A stretch of DNA of 64,000 nt from a virus. The notes under the pieces are model-generated. The model saw only the letters and a list, made by a program, of their open reading frames with translations. It was not told where the DNA came from and searched no databases. The translations under genes and the position numbers were made by a program. The stretch is taken from IMG/VR virus record IMGVR_UViG_3300024313_000004, positions 32,001 through 96,000 of that record. One strand, given 5' to 3'. Every line of letters starts with the position of its first letter. The stretch's first letter is position 1. Positions 18,091 to 27,077 of the stretch are shown here, in pieces.

Positions 18091-18159
18091 CAACCATATA
18101 TACGTACTTTAACTAAAAATTAGATTATTATAAAGAAATTTAAAAAAAATAGTAAAATT

Positions 18160-18492
18160 ATGAAAAATTTGAAAAAATTTGAGTCATTTAACCCATATGA
18201 TGATGAACCATTGACAAGAGGTGAAGAGATGTTTGGTAAAAAAACAAGATTAGAAAAACAATTTTCTAAAATAGTTGTGAAAGGATTGATAGATGATGAT
18301 ACTGGATATTGGTCAACATTCAATGCACTTAAAATTGAATTAAAGGATGAATGTGATGAAGTCACATTTAAAGAACTACAAACAAGAGTTGTTGAAGATG
18401 AAAATCCAACAGAAGTTATGAATGATATTTGTTCAAGAATTGAACAAAATTCTGAAATAAAAAGATTATTGAAAAAGTTAAACTCTTTTTAA
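18160..18492 (+). CDS. Hypothetical protein (MKNLKKFESF family)
   Basis: ORF; shared N-terminal motif. Confidence 0.75.
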   Translation: MKNLKKFESFNPYDDEPLTRGEEMFGKKTRLEKQFSKIVVKGLIDDDTGYWSTFNALKIELKDECDEVTFKELQTRVVEDENPTEVMNDICSRIEQNSEIKRLLKKLNSF

Positions 18493-18497
18493 GAGAG

Positions 18498-18523
18498 AAC
18501 CACTCATAAAGAGTGGTTTTTTT
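18498..18523. terminator. Terminator, CCACTC/GAGTGG family
   Basis: AACCACTC-ATAAA-GAGTGGTTTTTTT. Confidence 0.82.
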
Positions 18524-18568
18524 ATTTGAATCTATTTACGTCTTTTGTTGTTGTCTCTTGTTTACATA

Positions 18569-19072
18569 TTATCTACCTAAATAGTTCATAAGTTCAATCA
18601 TATTCTTTATTGCAAATCCGAAAGATTCAAGGTTTTTAACAGTATCTCGTAAGAATGTTATATAAGATTCTATTAGTTCGATACATCTATCATTTTCTGC
18701 AATATGTGCATCTATTAGAATCGCCTTTTCACCGGTGTTAGTCTTTACTTGAAAACCGATTGCATAGAATACAAACTTATCTTGTCTTAATTTTTTAATT
18801 TTTGTTGTTTCCTTACTCCTTTTATTTAGAAAAAAGTTTATATTTTCATTTATTTGTTGTCTAAATGATAAAGCGGTTGCTTGTGCATCTAATATAACAC
18901 CTGAATTTGATGGATTAGATAAATCAACGGTAAGTGATTTGAATAGTGGCTCTACTTGTTTATTCCATTCTGCACGTTTATCATTGAATAATTCTTCCAA
19001 TCTATCATTGGTTTCTTTAGTCTTTTGTATTCTGTCTAGTTCTTCTTGATTATAAAGATTCATCTTTTTCAT
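18569..19072 (-). CDS. UvsY-like recombination mediator
   Basis: Helical protein ending FLRDTVKNLESFGFAIKNMIELMNY, resembling the T4 UvsY C-terminus; start may be 19063. Confidence 0.5.
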   Translation of the reverse strand: MKKMNLYNQEELDRIQKTKETNDRLEELFNDKRAEWNKQVEPLFKSLTVDLSNPSNSGVILDAQATALSFRQQINENINFFLNKRSKETTKIKKLRQDKFVFYAIGFQVKTNTGEKAILIDAHIAENDRCIELIESYITFLRDTVKNLESFGFAIKNMIELMNYLGR

Positions 19073-19478
19073 CGAATATTTTTTTCATCTTCCATTCTCT
19101 ATGGATATCTTTATTATGACAACTTGATAATGTCTGTTCGACCATCATTTTGAAATTACTTTTTATATTACTATTTATATAATCTTCTATTATACAACAC
19201 CACTTTTCTAAAAGGACTTTATCCTCTATTGTAATGTCAGATATATCTGTATTATCAGATGAGAAAACGATTGCCGAGTTCCTATTATCAAAATGAATGG
19301 ACATTCTTCCTGAGAGAGAACCCCAATGTATATTGTTGTTTGTTTTAGGTTCTTCATCAATATCAAAACTTATCCAGTAATTCTTATAACCATACTTTAG
19401 TTCTTTCTGTATCGTCACACGCTCATCATCTTTATGTTTCATCAAAAACGTAATGAACTCATCTATTTCTTCTCTCAT
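19050..19478 (-). CDS. Hypothetical protein
   Basis: ORF track. Confidence 0.7.
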   Translation of the reverse strand: MREEIDEFITFLMKHKDDERVTIQKELKYGYKNYWISFDIDEEPKTNNNIHWGSLSGRMSIHFDNRNSAIVFSSDNTDISDITIEDKVLLEKWCCIIEDYINSNIKSNFKMMVEQTLSSCHNKDIHREWKMKKIFDEKDESL

Positions 19479-19533
19479 AGTTCGGATATTTGTTTTTTAC
19501 CTTATTCTATCAAAATATATGATGAATGTTTAC

Positions 19534-19563
19534 AAAAAATCCTCTCGATTTGAGAGGATTTTT
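19534..19563. terminator. Bidirectional intrinsic terminator
   Basis: AAAAAATCCTCTC-GATTT-GAGAGGATTTTT. Confidence 0.85.
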
Positions 19564-19564
19564 G

Positions 19565-20164
19565 TTATTTTATGTCTTTTGATTCAATCAGTGTATATGT
19601 GAAAGAATTTCCGTGTAGCTTTGATGCTTTTTTACAAATTTTCATGAACTCATCAAAATCTTTAACTCTTTTAAAAACTGAACAACCTTCTGACCAGTTT
19701 TCAACCCAAGTAGAATCTCTTCCTGCTTTATGAATATTAATACCAAACATACCAGTATTAGTTTTAGTTTCGTCATATACTAAATCTCGGTTAGCATCTC
19801 TATAAACTGTAACTGATTTTAATCTTTGACATAATGCATCATATTTACCTTGATGTTTAGAAATAGTATACGTTCCTCTGTATTGATTAGGTACTAATCT
19901 AGCTACTCCTGCTTTGTTATGAAATTGTTGAACGCCTTTTTTACCTGGATCTGTTGTTGCTGCCCAAATGAAAAACTTCCATTCACCATTTTCTTTGAAT
20001 GATACTGTAAGGTGGTCATCAAAAACATTAGTTACTTTTTCCCCTGTTGATGAGTTTCTTACTCCAACGATATTTACATCGTATCCTTTGTTTGCATCAT
20101 CCGCAAACCATACGTAGCCTTTTGATTTTACGGCTGCTTCGATTTGTTCTCTTGTATAAGACAT
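19565..20164 (-). CDS. L,D-transpeptidase (YkuD)-like cell-wall enzyme
   Basis: GINIHKAG...WSEGCSV matches the HxA...SxGC catalytic motif. Confidence 0.65.
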   Translation of the reverse strand: MSYTREQIEAAVKSKGYVWFADDANKGYDVNIVGVRNSSTGEKVTNVFDDHLTVSFKENGEWKFFIWAATTDPGKKGVQQFHNKAGVARLVPNQYRGTYTISKHQGKYDALCQRLKSVTVYRDANRDLVYDETKTNTGMFGINIHKAGRDSTWVENWSEGCSVFKRVKDFDEFMKICKKASKLHGNSFTYTLIESKDIK

Positions 20165-20186
20165 ACTTTTTTATTTAATTTTTTAA

Positions 20187-20498
20187 TCAATATGGTGGTT
20201 CGCCTTGTTCTGTTGCTATACCATTCCATCTTTTAACGTGATTATCGCCTAATGGTTTTTTAGTTTCTTCGGATCCAGCTAAAAAGTTAAATACTTCTTC
20301 TACATCATCTTTAGATGTGGCGATGTGATCTACAGCCCAGTTGTGTCCGTTCGTAAGCATAGCGTCAACTTCTGCCTCATCCATTTCTAACATCTTATCT
20401 ACCAATCTTTTGATTGTTTTAAGGTTTCCAAAGAACATATAGTTTTGTGTACCACCATCATGATTCTCATTAAATGAACTAAATTTTTTTATACTCAT
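20187..20498 (-). CDS. Conserved hypothetical phage protein (MSIKKFSSFNE family)
   Basis: ORF; NYMFF...GHNWAVDHIATSKDDVEEV. Confidence 0.75.
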   Translation of the reverse strand: MSIKKFSSFNENHDGGTQNYMFFGNLKTIKRLVDKMLEMDEAEVDAMLTNGHNWAVDHIATSKDDVEEVFNFLAGSEETKKPLGDNHVKRWNGIATEQGEPPY

Positions 20499-20515
20499 AT
20501 CTTTTTTTTATTTTT

Positions 20516-21415
20516 TTATATTTTTTTATCAAATAGATAAAGGTCGTATAAGGTGTTTCCCTTTACGTTCTTTATATTTTTAAGAACTTGTCCTGTAACT
20601 GAGTCTAAAACTTTGAAGACTCCTACTTGTGTTCCTTTATCTGATTGAATTTTAACCGTATTTCCTGGTTGTCCTAATGCACCCAGAACTGCAACGTATT
20701 TATTACCATAAACACTTTTAAGGAAAGAAACTCTTAATGTACTTGTATCTTTAATATTATTGATATAAGAATTATCCATAACTTTTGTTAGGTCTAATTG
20801 ACTTTCAGTATCTGTTACAATTATGGTTGCGAATTTTCTATCATCACCTAAGGTAACTTCTTCTCTATTTTGGATTTTGTTTTGATTGACCAGGCTTTGT
20901 TGATTTCTTCTAATCTCACTAAAATCTGCTTTTGCTATAATACCACCACGCATTCCTTTATCATTCATATTATAACCATTTGGGGCTAATCTGTAGAACG
21001 AACCAGTAAAAGTCATAGAAAGTATTCTATCTGTTCTAAAAAGCCTCCATATCTTATTTATGTGTCTTTTTTGTGACACTGACCATCCATTAAGATGCCA
21101 CCCTCTAAGTAAAGTCTTTCCTTTTGAAGACCTTCCTAAAACCATTGGATAAATTACTCTTTCATGGCCGGCAAAGTGACTATCTTCTTCACCTTTATAA
21201 TTAAGTAGGAATATCATTCCATACTTAATTGCCTTTATCATAGTCTGTTCATTGTACTTTATAGGTTCGTTGATAGGTATATTAGCAATATCTTTTACAT
21301 TTTTTAATGAGAATCTAGGTATAAACTCATTATCTTCTATAAGTTCATATCTTTCTTTGATAACAAATTCAACTGGTTTGTTATTATAATATGCTTTTGT
21401 TTGTGCTAGATTCAT
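20516..21415 (-). CDS. WYL-like domain protein
   Basis: AIKYG...LNYKG...ERVIYPMVLG...LLRGW...WRLFRTDRI pattern. Confidence 0.6.
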   Translation of the reverse strand: MNLAQTKAYYNNKPVEFVIKERYELIEDNEFIPRFSLKNVKDIANIPINEPIKYNEQTMIKAIKYGMIFLLNYKGEEDSHFAGHERVIYPMVLGRSSKGKTLLRGWHLNGWSVSQKRHINKIWRLFRTDRILSMTFTGSFYRLAPNGYNMNDKGMRGGIIAKADFSEIRRNQQSLVNQNKIQNREEVTLGDDRKFATIIVTDTESQLDLTKVMDNSYINNIKDTSTLRVSFLKSVYGNKYVAVLGALGQPGNTVKIQSDKGTQVGVFKVLDSVTGQVLKNIKNVKGNTLYDLYLFDKKI

Positions 21416-21511
21416 AAAATATATATTATTTATTCAGTATATATTATTTTTCGGTAGTGTAAAATAAAAGATATTTATTTTAATATATAAAGAACAATAT
21501 AAATTATAATT

Positions 21512-22273
21512 ATGTCAATAAGAAACAGTGATGATGCTAACAGATACTACCAATTATTAAATGAATTAGTAGATGAATATATGGAGAAAGGTAAAATAAG
21601 GCCTTCTAATCTTAGAAGATATCTTGAACCAGGTAGTGAAAGATTCAAAAAGTTTCTAATTAGAAATAAATTAAATGAAATAACTGGAATTGATAGAGTT
21701 CTTTCTGATGTTATAGAGGATAGAGTAAGTATGGAATCTGATGGTGTTCTTACTTTTGAAAGTTTTAAATTCTTTGAATCTGATGAATTTAAAACATCTA
21801 GTTTAAAGCAGTGTATTTATAAGGATTTGGAAAAGGCTGATATAGGAATGGAAAAGGCACTTGCGGATTTTTTTGATACAAATCTTGGATCTATAGATGT
21901 TGTTGATTCTGATAAACATATATTCTATATAGAAGATGTTGAAAATGATGTGGTGTGTTTATCTGAAGAAGATATTGAGTTAATAAAGGAAAATATGTGT
22001 GACTACCTTTGCACAGAACTTAAGAAGAAAGAAATAGAACTTATAGATAATTCTATAGGAAATCTTAGTATAAACTTAGGTGAATTTATAGAAAGTCAAG
22101 ATGGTTATCAAGGGAGTGATAATACTATTTATAATTCATTTAAATCAACAATAATGAAAAAACTTGAAAATGGTGTTCTAGAGGACATAATAGAAAATCT
22201 AATTGGTGATGATTTCAATGGTGATGTAAAAGTAGGTAAGATAAGAAATTACCAGATATTTTATTGGGGTTAG
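21512..22273 (+). CDS. Hypothetical protein
   Basis: ORF; internal LTFESF motif; TAATATATA at 21481. Confidence 0.75.
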   Translation: MSIRNSDDANRYYQLLNELVDEYMEKGKIRPSNLRRYLEPGSERFKKFLIRNKLNEITGIDRVLSDVIEDRVSMESDGVLTFESFKFFESDEFKTSSLKQCIYKDLEKADIGMEKALADFFDTNLGSIDVVDSDKHIFYIEDVENDVVCLSEEDIELIKENMCDYLCTELKKKEIELIDNSIGNLSINLGEFIESQDGYQGSDNTIYNSFKSTIMKKLENGVLEDIIENLIGDDFNGDVKVGKIRNYQIFYWG

Positions 22274-22361
22274 TAGTAAAAACATGCAACATCATGATAT
22301 ACTAATACTATAATTGAATTTGGTTTTTCTTAATTTGTATATAAAAAATTAAACTGTAAAT

Positions 22362-23168
22362 ATGTTATTAAAAATTGGATCATCTGGAGAAGGTGTTAAA
22401 AAATTACAAAGAGCTTTAGGATTAAAAGATGATGGTGACTTTGGTCCTATGACTGAAAATGCTGTTAAGAAATGGCAATCCGAAAATGGATTAAATGATG
22501 ATGGATTGGTTGGTAAAAAAACTTGGGCCAAATTATTCCCTAGTGAAGTTTATACTCTACCAGATAGTAATTTTAAATTGGAAAAATTGAAAGGTCATAT
22601 ACCTGATTCTGTAATAGTTCAGATACCTGAAGTTGCAGAGAAGTTTAATATTACTAATTCTTTAAGATTAGCACACTTTTTATCACAATGTGGTCACGAA
22701 TCTGGTAATTTTAGAGCGGTTAAAGAGAATTTGAATTATTCTTCTAAAGGGTTACAAGCAATATTCGGGAAATATTTTCCTGGTAATTTAGAAGATTCAT
22801 ATGCAAGACAACCAGAAAAAATAGGTTCTCGTGTTTATGCAAATAGAATGGGTAATGGTAATGAAGCATCAGGTGAGGGATTTAAATTTCGTGGAAGAGG
22901 TTATATTCAATTAACTGGTAAAAATAATTACGATGCATTTAGTAAGTTTATTGGTGAAGATTGTGTTTCTAACCCTGATTTAGTTTCAACTAAATATCCT
23001 TTGGCATCAGCAGCATTCTTTTTCGATAAAAATAATTTATGGTCTACTTGTGATTTAGGTTCAAGTGATGATGTTGTTACTAAAGTAACTAGAAGAGTAA
23101 ACGGAGGAACCAATGGACTTGAGGATCGAATCAAACATTTTAAAGAATTCTTTAATTTATTGAAATAA
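22362..23168 (+). CDS. Endolysin: peptidoglycan-binding domain + GH19 lysozyme
   Basis: LKIGSSGEGVKKLQ...DGDFGPMTE...DGLVG (PG_binding_1); HFLSQCGHESG, FRGRGYIQLTGKNNY, VNGGTNGLEDR. Confidence 0.92.
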   Translation: MLLKIGSSGEGVKKLQRALGLKDDGDFGPMTENAVKKWQSENGLNDDGLVGKKTWAKLFPSEVYTLPDSNFKLEKLKGHIPDSVIVQIPEVAEKFNITNSLRLAHFLSQCGHESGNFRAVKENLNYSSKGLQAIFGKYFPGNLEDSYARQPEKIGSRVYANRMGNGNEASGEGFKFRGRGYIQLTGKNNYDAFSKFIGEDCVSNPDLVSTKYPLASAAFFFDKNNLWSTCDLGSSDDVVTKVTRRVNGGTNGLEDRIKHFKEFFNLLK

Positions 23169-23175
23169 ATAAACT

Positions 23176-23205
23176 AAAAAGAGAGCCAAAAAGCTCTCTT
23201 TTTTT
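23176..23205. terminator. Bidirectional intrinsic terminator
   Basis: AAAAAGAGAGC-CAAAAA-GCTCTCTTTTTTT. Confidence 0.85.
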
Positions 23206-23803
23206 ATGATAATATATCTTCGATTTTAGCATCCCTGATTAGAATCTTTGATAGATTAGTAGAATACTTATCAATTGATTCAAATATATCTTTCTTTGAG
23301 AAGAATCCGTTATATATTGTTTTTAATTCATTTTCATTCTGAATCATAATTTTTAAAAATAAGTTAGGTTGTAATCTGATGATAAATTTTTCAATATCAT
23401 CATCTTCTCTTAACTCTAAGATATAAGATTGTTCCATTTCGGGACCAAGGTTAAATTCTGATGGTAAAAATCCTAAATTTTTAATAAAATTAGTTACTAA
23501 AGAGTATTTCTTATAACGACATTTTAATTTAGTCTCTGTATCATAATATGAAAATCTAGATGGCATTCTATCAAACTCTTTAATTGTTCCTATATGATAT
23601 ACTTCACTTTCTAATATTTCCGATAAGAGAGAATCTCTTTTATCTTCTTTATCGTAAATATTATTTCTTTTTATGTAGTGTGATAGTTTCGTATCGAATA
23701 AAAAGTGTATTTCACCTGTATCTTTGCTTCTTTTCTCACATTCATCAATAAAGTATTGATCTATTTCAGATTTTTCATAAGTAAAGTTTTCTTCTTTATT
23801 CAT
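23204..23803 (-). CDS. Hypothetical protein
   Basis: ORF; RDSLLSEIL and RDAKIEDIL motifs. Confidence 0.7.
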   Translation of the reverse strand: MNKEENFTYEKSEIDQYFIDECEKRSKDTGEIHFLFDTKLSHYIKRNNIYDKEDKRDSLLSEILESEVYHIGTIKEFDRMPSRFSYYDTETKLKCRYKKYSLVTNFIKNLGFLPSEFNLGPEMEQSYILELREDDDIEKFIIRLQPNLFLKIMIQNENELKTIYNGFFSKKDIFESIDKYSTNLSKILIRDAKIEDILS

Positions 23804-24036
23804 AAAAGTTGGTAATTTTTTTCATGGTCAAATCTTTCTTTTGAAAAATCTAATAATATTTTACATTTTTCAAACTCTTCAATACCCTCAAAATAGAATA
23901 TGATTCTATCAATAAAATCTTTGTCATATGGTTTTAAATTTGAGTCATAGTATTTACCAAGAGATATTCTTTCGAAGGTGTTATTCATTAAATAGCCGTA
24001 ACTATGTATAACAATTTTATCTATCATTTCCATCAT
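23800..24036 (-). CDS. Small hypothetical protein
   Basis: ORF; YFEGIEEFEKC motif; 4-nt overlaps on both sides. Confidence 0.7.
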   Translation of the reverse strand: MMEMIDKIVIHSYGYLMNNTFERISLGKYYDSNLKPYDKDFIDRIIFYFEGIEEFEKCKILLDFSKERFDHEKNYQLL

Positions 24037-24659
24037 TTATTACTCTGTGTTTTTAAAAAAATTAATTCTTCTTTTGTTAGTTTATCCATACCAACTTTAT
24101 TTATTTTATCTAAAATAATGTCAATATCTAATCTTTTTTCATTTTCTTCAATTATTTCTTCAATATCAGATATTTCCTTTTTATTGAATTTAGTCATATC
24201 TATTTTTGGATATTTATCTTCGAATTCTTTTAATTTTGAATCAAGTTCAACTCTAGAAATTGTTACACCTAGTATATCAACTACATCATTTATTTCACTA
24301 CCAAATTTTTCATGAATCTTATTCATTAGATTATCATTAAAGTCTTTTTCTAATAAATCGGATGTATAGATGCATTTATTATCTTTAAAAATACAAACCA
24401 TTTCTTTGTCCATTAAATAAACAATATTTACCGAGCCGATTATATTTAAATCGGTCTCTAAAATTACGGTTTGATTAACTCTACTTAAAAAAGTTACTCT
24501 AGATTTAGATAGTTTTTTAAGTAAGTCATTAAATTTTTCCTTAGTTTCTTTTAATATTTTTATATCATTTCTATTTTTTTTTAAAATATCGATTTTAATC
24601 TTAAAAATGAAACCTAGTATAAAAAATAAAGTTGGTATAATTATATCTGTAATATTCAT
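24033..24659 (-). CDS. Membrane-anchored protein with C-terminal DUF6576-like module
   Basis: N-terminal TM (IIIPTLFFILGFIF); IDIILDKINKVGMDKLTKEELIFL. Confidence 0.65.
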   Translation of the reverse strand: MNITDIIIPTLFFILGFIFKIKIDILKKNRNDIKILKETKEKFNDLLKKLSKSRVTFLSRVNQTVILETDLNIIGSVNIVYLMDKEMVCIFKDNKCIYTSDLLEKDFNDNLMNKIHEKFGSEINDVVDILGVTISRVELDSKLKEFEDKYPKIDMTKFNKKEISDIEEIIEENEKRLDIDIILDKINKVGMDKLTKEELIFLKTQSNK

Positions 24660-24661
24660 AG

Positions 24662-25849
24662 TTATATGTTATATATATTTTTCCTTATTTTGATTAGTAA
24701 ATCATTTAAAAAATTTTCATCCACCTTATCAGGGAGATTAGATTTTTCGAAAATTTCATCAATTTCAAGTATTTCTTTCTCAACTTGATCGATAAGAGTT
24801 TGTAAATCAATCTTACCTTTTCTGATGTCTATAAGTTCTTTTGCATTCTCTCTATATACATTTATGCCTTTACCTTCTCCGATCTCTCTCGCCATATCCA
24901 TCAGTCTTCGAGAATGCATCATATTCTTCCCATCGATTTTTTGACCGTGAGATTTAACATCAACCCATCTTGCATCATTTTTATTATCTAACCAATCTTG
25001 ATAAGATTTGAAATCTTTACAGTGTTCGGAATAACCATCTTTGTTATAAACAATATTACATATTGGTGTTTCACCTTTTGGGATAGAAGATAATCTAAGT
25101 GCATTCGATTCTGCAACGTTAACACCTTCACCGGTTTTAACTAAACCTTTGTAACCAAAACCTAATGTTAGATTAGATTCGGTTCTTAAAATCTTAGCAG
25201 ATTCTCTTAAATTATATGGTACCGACTCACTGAAACAATTATAAGAAATCTTATCAAAATAAACAGCATATAGATCTCTAGCATTTGGAACATTTACAAC
25301 ACCACAAAACTTTTCTTCAAAGCCCTTATCAGAGTTCCATTTTTTCCAAGGAATAGATTTAGATCCATCAATAACATAAACAAAATCAAGTATATCTTTA
25401 CGAGTTATTTTATCTTTCTCCCAGTTTTGTTTTTTGTTTTGACCTTTTGCCTTTTTTATTTGCATTTTCCCATAACCTCCGAAAGATTTTCCACAAACCT
25501 TAGTGATGAATTTATCTCGGTTTTCTAATATAAGATCGAAAATCGGATCTTTATAGATTATACAATCTTCGGGTGTGTTAAGTAGTTCTAGAACGGTTGG
25601 ATTATTAGTACCTAGTAATTGTAAAAATCTTTTAATTTCATAAATAACAATATCATTGCTATCATCATTTATTTGTTCTTTGTAATTGAATCCAAGTATA
25701 TCTTCTTTAGATTGTATGAATACACCTGCATAATCAGTATCGGATGTTTCGATATTAGTACCATATGCATGAGATCCTCTTATTACTAATAATAAGGGTT
25801 TAGCACCTGGTGATTTTTCTTCTATTAATTTTAATAAATCTTCTTTCAT
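24662..25849 (-). CDS. Pol-beta-superfamily nucleotidyltransferase (Nuc-transf/RlaP-like)
   Basis: RGSHAYGTNIETSDTDYAGVF (GS...DxD); NNPTVLELL; YDGK-like IDGKNMMHSRRL. Confidence 0.82.
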   Translation of the reverse strand: MKEDLLKLIEEKSPGAKPLLLVIRGSHAYGTNIETSDTDYAGVFIQSKEDILGFNYKEQINDDSNDIVIYEIKRFLQLLGTNNPTVLELLNTPEDCIIYKDPIFDLILENRDKFITKVCGKSFGGYGKMQIKKAKGQNKKQNWEKDKITRKDILDFVYVIDGSKSIPWKKWNSDKGFEEKFCGVVNVPNARDLYAVYFDKISYNCFSESVPYNLRESAKILRTESNLTLGFGYKGLVKTGEGVNVAESNALRLSSIPKGETPICNIVYNKDGYSEHCKDFKSYQDWLDNKNDARWVDVKSHGQKIDGKNMMHSRRLMDMAREIGEGKGINVYRENAKELIDIRKGKIDLQTLIDQVEKEILEIDEIFEKSNLPDKVDENFLNDLLIKIRKNIYNI

Positions 25850-25938
25850 ATATTATTTTCTACAAATATACTAAAAAAGTAAGTAAATAAAAATAAAGCA
25901 CCAAGGAAATTTAATATATAACAAAAAAGAAGAATTAC

Positions 25939-27060
25939 ATGGCCACACAGAGTTACAATACCGGTAATGATTTATATGATTTATATGGAAATCCAAATGT
26001 TGTTGCAGATTATAGGTTTATAACTGATTTACTGGATAATATTCCGGACAATACCGCGAATTTAATTGATGCGAGTGATGTTAGAGATGCGGTTTGGACT
26101 CTTTGGAGTAGACTTGATGAAGTTATTATTGGTTTATCATCTTCAGGTACATTTTCTGCTAATGTTAACTATGATAGAACTAGATTATCTAGTGCACCGG
26201 CTGTTGGTGGCGTACCAACTGGCTCTACTTTTAGTGGAAGTATACAAGATGTTTTAGATAGAATATTTTATCCATATTCACCACCAACTTGTTCTTTGAG
26301 TGGTGGTGGTACGAGAGAGTTTGGTTCATCAACTTTAGTAACTTTGAATTTTACTCTTAATAAAAATGAAAAACCTATTAATACAGCTTCGATGCAATTA
26401 CTTGGTGGTGTAACACAATTAATAACACCATTACCATCAGTTATAACACAACCTGATACGATACCTGCAACGTTTGGTCCTAGTACTTTATCAACAACTC
26501 CTGCATCAGTAGTTACTTATGCAACACATAGTGCAACACCAACTTCTACAAGTTCGGTGAATACATATACTTTGAATGTTGGAGATGGTACGAGTACTGC
26601 GAGTGGTTCCACTTCGGTTACTTGGATGAATAGAATATATTATGGTACTATAAATCTTAATACATTACCATCAAATCCAAATCCAGATTTGAATATTAGA
26701 CCAGATGGATCTAATTCTGGACAAGTTGCAACCTCAATAGTTCAAATAGATTCTTTTATAACAGATTCTATAATAAGAACAACAACAGTAACAAGTATTA
26801 GACCAATAGTTAATAGACCATTGTCAACTACGAGAGTATTAACACTTACTGATTTTGATGCTGGTGGCAACTATCTATTTTTTGCATGGCCTACGATATT
26901 TGGAACACCTGTATTTAAAATTAATGGATTGACAAATACATCTTTTACAAAGGTTAAAAGTAATTTTGTATTTACAAATAGTTTAGGTTTTTCGGGTGTT
27001 AATTATGATGTTTGGATTAGTAATACTTCTTATGGAACATCAACTATAAATATAAGTTAA
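25939..27060 (+). CDS. Thr/Ser-rich virion structural protein (fibre/baseplate associated)
   Basis: Beta-rich T/S/G composition; TAATATATA at 25912; directly upstream of the tail fibre gene. Confidence 0.55.
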   Translation: MATQSYNTGNDLYDLYGNPNVVADYRFITDLLDNIPDNTANLIDASDVRDAVWTLWSRLDEVIIGLSSSGTFSANVNYDRTRLSSAPAVGGVPTGSTFSGSIQDVLDRIFYPYSPPTCSLSGGGTREFGSSTLVTLNFTLNKNEKPINTASMQLLGGVTQLITPLPSVITQPDTIPATFGPSTLSTTPASVVTYATHSATPTSTSSVNTYTLNVGDGTSTASGSTSVTWMNRIYYGTINLNTLPSNPNPDLNIRPDGSNSGQVATSIVQIDSFITDSIIRTTTVTSIRPIVNRPLSTTRVLTLTDFDAGGNYLFFAWPTIFGTPVFKINGLTNTSFTKVKSNFVFTNSLGFSGVNYDVWISNTSYGTSTINIS

Positions 27061-27077
27061 AAATTAAAAAATAGAAT

